DNA of 64,000 nt from Gammaproteobacteria bacterium (GTDB lineage Bacteria > Pseudomonadota > Gammaproteobacteria > JABABF01). Numbering within the stretch: the first letter of the stretch is position 1; every line of letters begins with the position of its first letter. The stretch lies in contig OZ250153.1 in assembly GCA_965237805.1 (NCBI GenBank), forward strand, positions 1,536,001 through 1,600,000. The letters run 5' to 3'. Below the pieces are notes generated by a model. The model was not told the DNA's origin, did not search any database, and saw only the letters and a program-made list of their open reading frames with translations. Shown here one piece after another: positions 11,234-20,956 of this stretch. The position numbers were made by a program, and so were the translations under genes.

Positions 11234-13024
11234 ATGACAGACAATACCAGCACAGACCTAGCGGCTGCAGACAGCGGCACCCTTGCCGGGGGAGCGCCCG
11301 ACTTCGCCACCCTCTTCAGCCAGAGTGCAAACACTTTGGACTGCGTGCCGGGCAAGCTGGTGACGGCGGTGGTGATGGCGCTGGACGATCAATATGTCAC
11401 TGTACACGCTGGCCTTAAATCTGAGGGCTTGATCCCGCGCCGCCAGTTCCTCGAAGAGGAGCGCGAGCGAGCGCTAGAGGTTGGCGATCCGGTGCAGGTG
11501 GTCCTCGAGACTATCGACGATGGCCTCGGTTGCACCCAGCTGTCACGCGAGAAAGCGCGGCGTCAAGAGGTTTGGGGGCGGCTTGAACAGTGCCACAAAG
11601 AGGGTGGCACGGTGACTGGGCTGATTTCGGGCAAGGTCAAGGGCGGCTACACCGTCGATGTCGAAGGCATGGTGCGTGGCTTTTTGCCCGGCTCCTTGGT
11701 GGAGCGTCGCCCGGTGCAGGACATCTCTGATTTGGAGGGGCAGACGCTGGAGTTCCGTATCATCCGTCTCGAGGCCGAGCGCAACAATGTGGTGTTATCG
11801 CGCCGCGCTGTGTTGGAGGAAGAGCACAGCGGTGAGCGCGAGGGCATCTTGGCGAAGATAGCCGTGGGGCAGGTGCTCAAGGGCACGGTCAAAAATATGA
11901 TGGATTACGGTGCCTTCATCGGTTTGGGCGGCGGGGTCGACGGCCTGTTGCATGTGACTGACATGTCGTGGAAGCGTGTCAACCGTCCCGAAGAGGTGGT
12001 GCAGACAGGTCAAGAACTAGAGGTCAAAGTCTTGCGTTTCGATCCCGAGACGCAACGTATCTCACTGGGGCTCAAGCAGCTCGCGGAGGATCCTTGGAAC
12101 AGCATTGAGCGCAAGTACCAGCCCGGTGCCCGGGTGCAGGTGCGGGTGACCAAGATCATGGAATACGGTTGCTTTGCCGAGCTGGAGCCCGGCGTTGAGG
12201 GATTGGTGCACGCCTCCGAGTTGGACTGGACCAGCCAGCATGTACAGCCCTCTCGCTATGTGCATGTCGGTCAAGAGGTTGAGGTCGAGGTGCTGGAGGT
12301 CAATGTCGAGCGCCACCGCATTTCGCTCAGCACCAAGCGTTGCCGGGGTAATCCGTGGCAGGATTTTGCCGGGCAGCACAAGAAGGGCGATCGCCTCGAA
12401 GGCATCGTGCGCTCGATCACCGATTTCGGCCTGTTTATCGAGCTGGAGGGCGGCATTTCCGGTCTGGCGCATGTCTCGGACTTGGCGGAGGAAGCCTCTG
12501 GTGCCGCGCCAGCGGAGCAGCAGAGCCTGCTACAGCGCTATTCCCGCGGCGAGAAGATCGAGGTCATGGTGATCGCCATCGACACCGATCGCGAGCGCAT
12601 CTCCCTAGGTGTCAAGCAGTTGAGCGATACGCTCAGCAGCTATATCAAGCAATACCCGATGGATTCAGTGGTGACCGCTATGGTGGAGAAAACCGGTGCC
12701 CGTTCAGCCACCTTGCTGCTGGACTGGGATGAGCCGGGCGAGGTGCGTGGTGTGTTGCGGGTTGCCGAGCTGGGTGAGGAATTGGCACCGGACGGCATGC
12801 GCGACTTGCTGTCCATTGGCCAGCGCATGCAGCTGCGCATCATCGATCTGGACCATCGGCAGCGTCGGGTGGTGTTGTCGCCGCGTGACTGCGAAGAGAC
12901 GCTCAAGGAGCTGGCGGAGACAGCGGCACCTCGTCGTGGTGCCATCGGCCAGCTGCTGGATGCCCAGGGAGCGGGAGTGGACAGTCAGCCCGATGATGAC
13001 TCGACCCCGGAGTCTGAGGCCTAG
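11234..13024 (+). CDS. rpsA: 30S ribosomal protein S1
   Basis: Repeated S1 domains (GLKSEG, LSREKA, DYGAF, DGLLHVTDMSW, RISLGLKQL). ATG 11234 follows GGGGAG. Confidence 0.96.
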   Translation: MTDNTSTDLAAADSGTLAGGAPDFATLFSQSANTLDCVPGKLVTAVVMALDDQYVTVHAGLKSEGLIPRRQFLEEERERALEVGDPVQVVLETIDDGLGCTQLSREKARRQEVWGRLEQCHKEGGTVTGLISGKVKGGYTVDVEGMVRGFLPGSLVERRPVQDISDLEGQTLEFRIIRLEAERNNVVLSRRAVLEEEHSGEREGILAKIAVGQVLKGTVKNMMDYGAFIGLGGGVDGLLHVTDMSWKRVNRPEEVVQTGQELEVKVLRFDPETQRISLGLKQLAEDPWNSIERKYQPGARVQVRVTKIMEYGCFAELEPGVEGLVHASELDWTSQHVQPSRYVHVGQEVEVEVLEVNVERHRISLSTKRCRGNPWQDFAGQHKKGDRLEGIVRSITDFGLFIELEGGISGLAHVSDLAEEASGAAPAEQQSLLQRYSRGEKIEVMVIAIDTDRERISLGVKQLSDTLSSYIKQYPMDSVVTAMVEKTGARSATLLLDWDEPGEVRGVLRVAELGEELAPDGMRDLLSIGQRMQLRIIDLDHRQRRVVLSPRDCEETLKELAETAAPRRGAIGQLLDAQGAGVDSQPDDDSTPESEA

Positions 13025-13071
13025 CGAGTGGGGCGCGCGGGCAGCAGTTGCTGGGTCGGGGTGCTGCGGCG

Positions 13072-13353
13072 ATGACGCGTGCCGAGCTCTGTGGCCGCCT
13101 GTATAGGCGGCATCCGGATCTCAATCGCGCCGACCTCGACGAGGCGGTTCGCATCGTCGTGCGCAGCGTGGCGGCATCCTTAGCCGCTGGCCAATCCGTC
13201 GAGCTGCGCGGCTTCGGCAGTTTCAGAGTCAGCATGCGCAAGGCCGGTTTGGCGCGCAACCCGCGTAGCGGCGAGCTGGTGTGGGTGAATGCTCGGCGCA
13301 CGGTGTTATTTCGCCCTGGGGCCTCGTTGCGCGCCCGCATTAACAATCGCTAG
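13072..13353 (+). CDS. ihfB: Integration host factor beta subunit
   Basis: VELRGFGSF, ARNPRSGE, FRPGASLRARIN; follows rpsA. Confidence 0.88.
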   Translation: MTRAELCGRLYRRHPDLNRADLDEAVRIVVRSVAASLAAGQSVELRGFGSFRVSMRKAGLARNPRSGELVWVNARRTVLFRPGASLRARINNR

Positions 13354-13379
13354 CACTGCTAGGGGGCGGTGGTGGCACC

Positions 13380-14348
13380 GTGAAATCCGGGTCGGTGGGG
13401 CATGGGGTGAGCCACCACGTGGTCAGCGCAGATCATTCCGGTCGGCGGCTGGACAATTATTTAGCTGGCCTGTTGCGCGGCGTGCCGCGCGGGCGACTCT
13501 ACCGTGCTGTGCGCAGCGGCGAGGTGCGCGTCGATGGTGGCCGGGTCGCGCCTTCCCACAGGTTGTGCGGTGGCGAGCGTGTGCGCATTCCACCGCTGCG
13601 CCTCTCGCCGCCGCCTGCGGCGCGGGTCTCCCGCGCGCTGGATCTGCCAGCGATGACGCTCTACAGCGATCGCGATCTACTGGTGTTGGACAAGCCTGCG
13701 GGGCTCGCGGTACATGGCGGTAGCGGGCTGCGCGACGGGCTGATCGAGCGTCTTCGCGCTACCTACCCGCAATGGCGTGGCATCGAGCTGGCGCACCGCC
13801 TCGACCGCGACACCTCCGGTTGCCTGTTGCTGGCACGTTGTGGCGAGCCCCTGCGCGCACTGCACAGCGCTCTGCGTGAGCACCGGGTCGGTCGCTGTTA
13901 TCTGGCCTTGGTGGTCGGTGCGTGGACGTCGGTGCACAACTGTATTTCCCTACCGCTTTCGCGTCCCGAGCGCTGTGCTGGCGGGCGGCGGGTGCGGGTG
14001 CAGCTCAGCGGCTATCCGTCTCGGAGTCGTTTTCGCCTCTGCGAGCACTTTCCGGCCGCCGGGCTCAGCTTGGTGGCAGCGCAGGCGCTAACTGGCCGCA
14101 CCCACCAGTTGCGAGTCCATTTGGAGGCGGTGGGGCACCCCATCGCTGGCGATGAGCGCTATGGTGACCGGCGCTGGAACCGTCGTCTCGCCAGCTGGGG
14201 TTTGCGGCGGCAATTCCTGCATGCCACTTCGCTGTCTCTGCGCCACGGCGGGCGACCGCTGAAAGTGCGTGCTGCGCTGCCGGAGGAGCTGCGTTGCGTG
14301 CTGGAGCGTCTGCGGCGCGGTGGCGGCGCTGGCCTCGCCAGCTGCTGA
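13380..14348 (+). CDS. rluC: 23S rRNA pseudouridine synthase RluC
   Basis: S4 domain (RLDNYL), KPAGLAVHGGSG, HRLDRDTSG, TGRTHQLRVH. Confidence 0.92.
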   Translation: MKSGSVGHGVSHHVVSADHSGRRLDNYLAGLLRGVPRGRLYRAVRSGEVRVDGGRVAPSHRLCGGERVRIPPLRLSPPPAARVSRALDLPAMTLYSDRDLLVLDKPAGLAVHGGSGLRDGLIERLRATYPQWRGIELAHRLDRDTSGCLLLARCGEPLRALHSALREHRVGRCYLALVVGAWTSVHNCISLPLSRPERCAGGRRVRVQLSGYPSRSRFRLCEHFPAAGLSLVAAQALTGRTHQLRVHLEAVGHPIAGDERYGDRRWNRRLASWGLRRQFLHATSLSLRHGGRPLKVRAALPEELRCVLERLRRGGGAGLASC

Positions 14349-14439
14349 TGAGGGAGTGGTGCGCTGAGCCTGCTAAAATGACGATGTCGTTGGTCGGGAG
14401 TGCCGTGGCACTCGCTGTCGTCACAGGAGGACAGGGCGC

Positions 14440-15435
14440 GTGGTCGAACATGATGATGCTTCCCGGCAAGCCGAGCGGACAGATGCACCGCTGAGTACGG
14501 CGGTGCTGGTGCAGTTGTTGCGCACGATCATCCTCGAACAGCGTCGCCGGCGGCGCTCGACCACTCTCTGGCGTCTTTTTAGCCTGCTCTTATTGGTGGT
14601 TCTGTTCACCGCGCTGACGACTTCGGTGCGGGGCGGCTTCGGCGGTGTGGCCTCATTTCCCGGTCGAGTCATCGATTGGTCGGGCGGTCACGCCGCTGTC
14701 GTGCATCTCGACGGGGTCATCTTGGCTGGCGAGCCAGCAGCTGCCGATCTGGTGGTTGCAGGTCTGCGCGATGCCTTTGCGCATGAGCAGACGCGGGCAG
14801 TGGTGCTGGCCATCGACAGCCCGGGCGGTAGCCCGGTTCAAGCGGATCTGATCCATGAGGAGATTTTGCGTCTGCGCACTGAGTATTCCGACACGCCAAT
14901 TTACGCCGTGGTTGGTGACACGGGGGTTTCCGCCGCCTACTATGTGGCGGTTGCCGCGGACAGTGTCTACGCTGCCCGCGCCAGCTTGATTGGCTCCATC
15001 GGTGTGGTCTACAACGGCTTCGGCCTCAGCGAGGCACTGGCCAAGTTCGGCGTCGAGCGTCGTTTGGTGGTCGCCGGCGAGGACAAGGGATTTTTGGATC
15101 CTTTTTCGCCGCTGAGCGAGGCGTCCCGTGCCGATTTACAGGCTATGCTCGACATCATCCACCAACAGTTCATCGAGCGGGTGCGTGCCGGACGTGGCGA
15201 CCGCTTGGTCAGTAGCGAGCAGTTGTTCAGCGGCAAGGTATGGACCGGTGAGCAGGCCTTGGAACTGGGCCTGATCGATGCACTTGGTAGCGTTGATTTT
15301 GTGGTCCGCGAGGTTGTGGAGACCGAGTCGTCGGTCGATTTCACCCGGCAGGAGGAATTGACCAGCCGACTGCTCAATCGCTTCGCCTCGCATTTTGCTC
15401 AGCGCTTAAGTGCGCTGTTGACCGGTTTGCGCTGA
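14440..15435 (+). CDS. sppA: S49 family peptidase (SppA-like, short form)
   Basis: N-terminal TM, IDSPGGSPV, SAAYY, GSIGV, FSGKVWTGEQA. Confidence 0.88.
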   Translation: MVEHDDASRQAERTDAPLSTAVLVQLLRTIILEQRRRRRSTTLWRLFSLLLLVVLFTALTTSVRGGFGGVASFPGRVIDWSGGHAAVVHLDGVILAGEPAAADLVVAGLRDAFAHEQTRAVVLAIDSPGGSPVQADLIHEEILRLRTEYSDTPIYAVVGDTGVSAAYYVAVAADSVYAARASLIGSIGVVYNGFGLSEALAKFGVERRLVVAGEDKGFLDPFSPLSEASRADLQAMLDIIHQQFIERVRAGRGDRLVSSEQLFSGKVWTGEQALELGLIDALGSVDFVVREVVETESSVDFTRQEELTSRLLNRFASHFAQRLSALLTGLR

Positions 15436-15878
15436 TGCCGGGCGGCGAGCTGCCGCATCGGCTGCGCCCACAACGATTGGTCGGCAGCCACATCTGCGGC
15501 GACTTGTCGCTGGCGCGTCTGCCGCGTTTGGCCGCGCTGTCCACAGCTGGCACGGTGTCGCTGAGCTTGCAATTTTCAGAGGATGGCGCGCGGCGCTGCT
15601 TGGTGACCGGCATGGTGCGGGCGCTGTTGCGCCTGCCCTGCCAGCGTTGCTTAGATGAGATGGACTGGTGCTTTGAGTCCCGCGTCCAGTGGGGTGTGGT
15701 GGCCGATGATGCCGCCGCCGCCCGCCTGCCCAAATCGCTCGATCCGGTGTTGCTCGAAAGTGATGGTTCGATGGACTTGGACTGGGTGGTGGGTGACGAA
15801 GTACTACTCGGCACCCCGATGAACGCGATGCACGATCTCAGTATTTGTCCGGCGCGTTACAATAATCTGCTGAAGTGA
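15435..15878 (+). CDS. yceD: DUF177/YceD family protein
   Basis: LPCQRCL and DEVLLGTP motifs; directly upstream of rpmF. Confidence 0.85.
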   Translation: MPGGELPHRLRPQRLVGSHICGDLSLARLPRLAALSTAGTVSLSLQFSEDGARRCLVTGMVRALLRLPCQRCLDEMDWCFESRVQWGVVADDAAAARLPKSLDPVLLESDGSMDLDWVVGDEVLLGTPMNAMHDLSICPARYNNLLK

Positions 15879-15910
15879 CGAGTTTCAGCCCCACATAGGA
15901 GACTTGCTTG

Positions 15911-16141
15911 ATGGCAGTGCAGAAAGGGCGCAAGAGCAGTTCAAAGCGCGATATGCGACGCTCCCATGATGGCTTGCGGCCACCGACGCTGGCGGTGGAT
16001 CCGCTCAGCGGTGAGCCCCACCGGCGCCATGCCGTCACCGCAGACGGTTTCTACCGCGGGCGACGACTGTTCGAACCGCTGCCGGAGCGCGCCGCCGATG
16101 GCGATGAAGCCGAGCCACAGGAGCATGCCAGCCCCTCTTGA
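15911..16141 (+). CDS. rpmF: 50S ribosomal protein L32 (Cys-free form, short acidic extension)
   Basis: [20 protein letters not shown]...GEPHRRH...GFYRGR. Confidence 0.95.
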   Translation: MAVQKGRKSSSKRDMRRSHDGLRPPTLAVDPLSGEPHRRHAVTADGFYRGRRLFEPLPERAADGDEAEPQEHASPS

Positions 16142-17127
16142 TGGTGTCGGCTGAGCCCTCATCTCGCCCCGCTTTCGCGCTACTGTTTCCGGGACAGGGC
16201 TCGCAGCGCGTTGGCATGCTCGGCGCACTCGCCGACGATGCCGAGCTGCGTACGACTTTCGCTGAGGCGGGCGATATATTGGGTGAGGACTTATGGCAGC
16301 TCGCCGCCGAGGGTCCGGAGGAGCGCCTGCGGCTGACGGTCAACACTCAGCCGGTACTGTTGACTGCTGGGGTGGCGTTGTGGCGCTCGTGGCGCACGGC
16401 TGGCGGCCCGGTGCCGCAGCTGATGGCCGGGCACAGCCTCGGCGAATTCACCGCCTTGGTCTGCGCCGGTGCCTTGGACTTTGCAGCTGCCCTGCGTCTG
16501 GTGCGCTTGCGAGCCATGGCGATGCAAGAGGCGGTGCCGGTCGGGCAGGGGGCGATGGCCGCGATCATCGGCTTGGACGATGAGCGTGTCGAGGAGCTAT
16601 GTGTCGCAGCTGGAGGTGACGGCGACGAGTGTGTTGCCGCCGTCAACTACAACGCCCCCGGCCAAGTGGCGATCGCTGGCCATGTGGCGGCGGTTGAGCG
16701 GGCGGTGGCGCTGTGCCGCGCAGCTGGCGCACGGCGCGCCTTGCCACTGCCGGTCAGTGCGCCGTTCCACTCGCCGCTGATGCGCCCGGTGGTCGAGCGG
16801 CTACAGGCGGCGCTGGCACCGCTGGCGATCGCCGAAGCCGAGCCACCGGTCGTGCGCAATGTCGATGCCGATCACGGTGGCGGTCCCGAGCGGATGCGTG
16901 CCGCGTTGGCACGCCAAGCAGCGAGTCCAGTGCTGTGGTCGCGCAGTGTCGAGCGCATCGCCGCCGCCGGTGTCACCACTTTTTTGGAATGCGGTCCGGG
17001 GCGGGTGCTATGCGGCTTGGTCGGGCGCATCCTCAACGGCGTCGAACACAGCGTCTTCGGATTAGAAGAGCCAGCGCGACGCGATGCGGCGCTGCGCCAT
17101 CTCCTCGGCAGCGCAGAGCTGGCATGA
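16141..17127 (+). CDS. fabD: Malonyl CoA-ACP transacylase
   Basis: FPGQGSQ, GHSLGE, VSAPFHS, ECGPG. Confidence 0.96.
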   Translation: MVSAEPSSRPAFALLFPGQGSQRVGMLGALADDAELRTTFAEAGDILGEDLWQLAAEGPEERLRLTVNTQPVLLTAGVALWRSWRTAGGPVPQLMAGHSLGEFTALVCAGALDFAAALRLVRLRAMAMQEAVPVGQGAMAAIIGLDDERVEELCVAAGGDGDECVAAVNYNAPGQVAIAGHVAAVERAVALCRAAGARRALPLPVSAPFHSPLMRPVVERLQAALAPLAIAEAEPPVVRNVDADHGGGPERMRAALARQAASPVLWSRSVERIAAAGVTTFLECGPGRVLCGLVGRILNGVEHSVFGLEEPARRDAALRHLLGSAELA

Positions 17128-17873
17128 GCGGCGACGGCCCGCTGGCGGGACAAGTGGCGCTGGTCACCGGTGCCAGCCGCGGTATTGGCAGTGCCATCGC
17201 CGCACGGCTGGCGGCTGACGGTGCCGTGGTGGTCGGCACTTCGCGCAATGCCTCCGGTGCCGATAGTATCAGCCGTCAGCTGAGCGCTAGCGGTGGCTTT
17301 GGCTTGGTGCTGGATGCCTGCGATGCCGAGGCGTTGCCAGCCGCATTGACAGAGCTCGAGCAACGCGCTGGCGAGGCTCCCAGCATCTTGGTCAACAATG
17401 CGGGCATCACCCGCGACACCCTGTTGCTCCGCATGGGCGAGGCGGCTTGGGGAGAAGTGTTGGAGACCAACCTCAGCGCTGCCTATCGCCTGTGCCGCGC
17501 CATCGCCCGGTCGATGTTGCGCCGCCGAGTTGGGCGCATCATCAATATCAGCTCGGTGGTCGGTAGCGCTGGCAATCCGGGTCAGTCGAACTATGCCGCC
17601 TCCAAGGCAGGGCTGGAAGGCTTCAGCCGGGCGCTGGCCTTGGAGCTCGGCTCACGTGGCATCACGGTCAACGCGGTGGCACCGGGCTACATCGACACCG
17701 ATATGACACGTGCCATGTCGGACTCGGCGGCTCAGGAGCTACGCCAGCGCATCCCGCTGGGGCGACTGGGTGCGCCCGATGATGTGGCCGCTACGGTCGC
17801 CTTTTTGGCTGGTCCCGGCGGTTCCTACATCACTGGTGCCACGCTGCATGTCAACGGTGGACTCCACCTCTAG
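17124..17873 (+). CDS. fabG: 3-oxoacyl-ACP reductase
   Basis: ATG 17124 overlaps the fabD stop; TGASRGIG, NNAGITRD, NYAASKAG, VNGG. Confidence 0.96.
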   Translation: MSGDGPLAGQVALVTGASRGIGSAIAARLAADGAVVVGTSRNASGADSISRQLSASGGFGLVLDACDAEALPAALTELEQRAGEAPSILVNNAGITRDTLLLRMGEAAWGEVLETNLSAAYRLCRAIARSMLRRRVGRIINISSVVGSAGNPGQSNYAASKAGLEGFSRALALELGSRGITVNAVAPGYIDTDMTRAMSDSAAQELRQRIPLGRLGAPDDVAATVAFLAGPGGSYITGATLHVNGGLHL

Positions 17874-17883
17874 CCGCGATGGC

Positions 17884-17912
17884 TTGACTTGAGTGCCGCA
17901 CGGCATTAGTAT
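17884..17912 (+). promoter_or_regulatory. Putative sigma70 promoter for the pilus locus
   Basis: TTGACT-N17-TAGTAT in the intergenic gap after fabG. Confidence 0.55.
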
Positions 17913-18007
17913 TTATCGACCCCAGCTGCGGAATCTTCGTAGATTTTCGTAACAGCGGTGACAGCTACAGTAGCGTTGACAGTCTCGAAAAAGCGGTCAA
18001 AAAGATC

Positions 18008-18892
18008 ATGTCTATAACAGCAAAAAAAGTGGCGATAGAAGCGGTGATATTTGCCACCTTAGAGCGTTGCTGGACTGGCTCTAGAGGCGCTGGCAGTGTG
18101 TTGGCGACGCTTGCTCTCGCAGTCAGTCTCAGCAGCCTCGCCGCCTCGCCAGTAGGGCGTGCGCAGAGCTCCGCGCAGGCTCAAGTGTTCAAGCCGACTT
18201 TGGTGCAGTTCGCACAGGCACAGAGTATCAATCCGGGTGGCTTCACTCCGCCCGGTAGCGCTGCCAGCGGCACGGCGGCCTCCGCTCTGCGTGGCTTCGA
18301 GCAATTGCAGGAATTGCAAGGCATGCTGGAAAAATACAATATTTCCCTGCCGCCCGAATTGCGCTTCTCTCAGGAGTTGCGCACTTTGGCGCAGCAGACC
18401 CAGCTGATTGATGCTCGTATTTCTCTGCTCGAGCGCATTGCCCAACTGACCGGCACTCACCGCGATGTGATGGAGCAGGTGCAGGGTCGGATCAAAAGTC
18501 TGCCACCAGAGGTTTTGGTGCTGATGTATGAGATCGGTGACATCTCCTCAATATTGCGTGCCGGGCGCACGTATTCGCCGGTTCGTAGCGCAACTCTCAA
18601 TGGTGATGCGGCACTAGCTGACGATGATGATGATGTTGCCCAAGAGATTACAGCCGACCAAGCCGGCTTGGCCTTGGTCGACGAATTGGTTAGCGTCCAC
18701 TGGGCTAGCAACTTGAGCGGCGGCGAAGTGGTGCCCGAACAGCCCGTGCGCTTGGTAGCCTCTTTTGGCGGTCAGTACTATGAGATCAAGACTGGCGATC
18801 ATATCGCGGGTTTTGAGATTGGCTTGGCCGACGAGCTCGGTGTTGGTGTTATCGTCTTCCGAGGCGAGGATCGTTTTTCGATGAAGTTCTGA
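18008..18892 (+). CDS. Exported pilus accessory protein, PilP(R64)-like
   Basis: Hydrophobic signal segment, coiled-coil middle, small C-terminal beta domain (YEIKTGDHIAGFEI...GVIV); sits before the ATPase. Family call rests largely on position. Confidence 0.45.
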   Translation: MSITAKKVAIEAVIFATLERCWTGSRGAGSVLATLALAVSLSSLAASPVGRAQSSAQAQVFKPTLVQFAQAQSINPGGFTPPGSAASGTAASALRGFEQLQELQGMLEKYNISLPPELRFSQELRTLAQQTQLIDARISLLERIAQLTGTHRDVMEQVQGRIKSLPPEVLVLMYEIGDISSILRAGRTYSPVRSATLNGDAALADDDDDVAQEITADQAGLALVDELVSVHWASNLSGGEVVPEQPVRLVASFGGQYYEIKTGDHIAGFEIGLADELGVGVIVFRGEDRFSMKF

Positions 18893-19035
18893 AATCGGCC
18901 ATTTGGACTTGGGCTGGTTTTTGCGGGTGAGCGGTAAACGCCAACAGATTTTTGATGCTGGCTGATGGGGGTGGCTGGTGTCTTTGGGGGCATGCGGGGG
19001 GCACCTTGAATCACTGAGATCCGTGGAGCTGCGTC

Positions 19036-20874
19036 ATGGCTACAAAAGAGCAAGAGCAAGAGCAAGAGCAAGAGCAAGAGCAAGAGACAGGTTTCTTGTC
19101 TCGCCTATTCAGCGGTAGGAGCAATGTCGGTGCCGATAACGATGCCGCCGCACGGGCATCGGGTCCTAGCGAAGGCACCACCGAGGTTGATTTTATCATC
19201 GAGCAGGCCGAATGGCTCGGTGTCGCTCCGATCATAGCGCGCAAAGACCTGCCAGACCAGCACCCGATCAGCTCTGCCCACCCGCAGCTCTACGAGTGGG
19301 CCATGGGTCATCCGGAGTTCCTCTGTCTGTTGTCAGATGGCGTGACGCTGGTCAGCTCGAAACCCTCCCATCCGGCGGTGCAAACGGCCAAGAATATGCT
19401 GGCTAGCATGGGGCGCCAGCCCGTGGTGCGTCCAGCGGTGCAGAACATCGTGCGCCATTTGCGCGACATCATGGTGGCCGAGCCAACGCCGGGGGAGGAG
19501 GGCGCCCGGCAGTTGGAGCAAATCTCCGCCGCCGCTACTGACGTGCAGCGTCTCTTTCACGCCATCGTCGAGGCGGCGCTCAATCGCGGTGCATCGGATA
19601 TCCACATGGAGATGCGCGAGCAGCAGACAAACATCAAGTTCCGCATCGACGGTCGCCTGATTTTGTTCGATACCGTGGGGCGCGATGAGCTGCTGGCACT
19701 GGGGAACTACATGTTCAATGCCGAGGCCAAACGTGGCTCTTTGCAGTTTATGCTGGACAAGCCCTTGCACGGTTCGCTCGATTTCCGCATGGGCACGACA
19801 GTGGTGCCGATCCGTCTCAGCACCGCCCCCGATGTGCGCGGTGTCGATATCTTCCTGCGCGTTTGGCGCCCCAACACCAGCGGTATCAAGATTGAGGAAG
19901 CTGGCTATTCGACCTTGCAGATCTCACTGCTGCAAGAGGCCATGTCTCGTCCCTATGGTGTGATAGTGATGTCTGGCCCCACTGGCTCTGGCAAGAGCAC
20001 ATCACTGACAGCATTGTTGGAGACGGTGGATCCGCAACACAAGATCATCTCACTTGAGGAGCCGGTCGAGCGCATGTTGCCCAATGTGACCCATGTCCCG
20101 ATCGCCATCCATGTCCGTGAGAGCGGCTGGGATGTCCTGCGTGCCTCGCTGAACCGGTGGGACACCAATATCAATTTTCTCGGTGAGGTCAAAGATCGCA
20201 ACACGGCCGAGGCGATCAAGGATTTGGCCACTTCGGGTAAGTTATGCGTGACCACCCTGCATGCTTCCAATGTCTTGTCGATCCCCTCCCGACTCGAGGA
20301 TCTTGGTGTCGAGGCCTCAATGATCTACGATCCGAATTTCCTGATTTGTCTGATCAACCAGCGCCTGTTGCCACAGAATTGTACGCACTGCCGTGTGCCG
20401 TTGGAAAAGCAGGCCGCACGGCTGGATCGCTACACGCTGAATCGCTACAAGAAATTATTCAAGGGCCATGAGAGCGAGGTCTACTTTATGGGACCCGGTT
20501 GCAATCATTGTGATGGTACGGGTATTGCCGGGCGACGCTTGGCGGCCGAGGTGGTCATGCTCGACGATGATGGCCGCACTTTCATTCGCGAACGCGACCA
20601 AATGGGCTGGCGCGCATACCTGTTGGAGCGCGGTTTTCAACCGATCAGCACACATGTGCTGAGATATGTCCTCAGCGGTGATGCCGATCCCGTTGTCGCC
20701 GAACGCGCCGTCGGCTTGCTTGATTCCTCTCACCAAGTACAGTTTGATTACCGATTGCGCCAAGATGCCTTGGATGCCGCTCTCCGGGAGAGTGACACGA
20801 CGGCCCATCGCGATACTACGCTTGGTGCTGGCAAGGATACGGGTGCCGCCACCCGACAGCAGGCGGCCTCTTAG
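19036..20874 (+). CDS. Type IV pilus/T2SS assembly ATPase (PilQ/GspE family)
   Basis: ASDIH, FRIDG, Walker A GPTGSGKS, LEEPVE, GEVKD, TTLHAS, Zn motif CTHC...CNHC. Confidence 0.93.
   Translation: MATKEQEQEQEQEQEQETGFLSRLFSGRSNVGADNDAAARASGPSEGTTEVDFIIEQAEWLGVAPIIARKDLPDQHPISSAHPQLYEWAMGHPEFLCLLSDGVTLVSSKPSHPAVQTAKNMLASMGRQPVVRPAVQNIVRHLRDIMVAEPTPGEEGARQLEQISAAATDVQRLFHAIVEAALNRGASDIHMEMREQQTNIKFRIDGRLILFDTVGRDELLALGNYMFNAEAKRGSLQFMLDKPLHGSLDFRMGTTVVPIRLSTAPDVRGVDIFLRVWRPNTSGIKIEEAGYSTLQISLLQEAMSRPYGVIVMSGPTGSGKSTSLTALLETVDPQHKIISLEEPVERMLPNVTHVPIAIHVRESGWDVLRASLNRWDTNINFLGEVKDRNTAEAIKDLATSGKLCVTTLHASNVLSIPSRLEDLGVEASMIYDPNFLICLINQRLLPQNCTHCRVPLEKQAARLDRYTLNRYKKLFKGHESEVYFMGPGCNHCDGTGIAGRRLAAEVVMLDDDGRTFIRERDQMGWRAYLLERGFQPISTHVLRYVLSGDADPVVAERAVGLLDSSHQVQFDYRLRQDALDAALRESDTTAHRDTTLGAGKDTGAATRQQAAS
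19045..19086 (+). repeat. Hexanucleotide microsatellite (CAAGAG)6 plus one variant unit, encoding EQEQEQ
   Basis: Directly visible at the 5' end of the ATPase gene. Confidence 0.95.
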
Positions 20875-20956
20875 CATGCGCTGCGTCGCGTGTTGTGAGC
20901 AGCGCGGCGCGGCGCGGCACCGCCCAGACCCAGCCCAGCTTCGCTGAGGCCCGACC

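Noticed and set aside
16713-17123. N-terminal extensions in the ORF track for fabG (also suhB 59710-60084, guaA 46580, pilin 21954, minor pilin 23531)
   Set aside because: They overlap neighbouring genes or promoters; downstream starts match family lengths.
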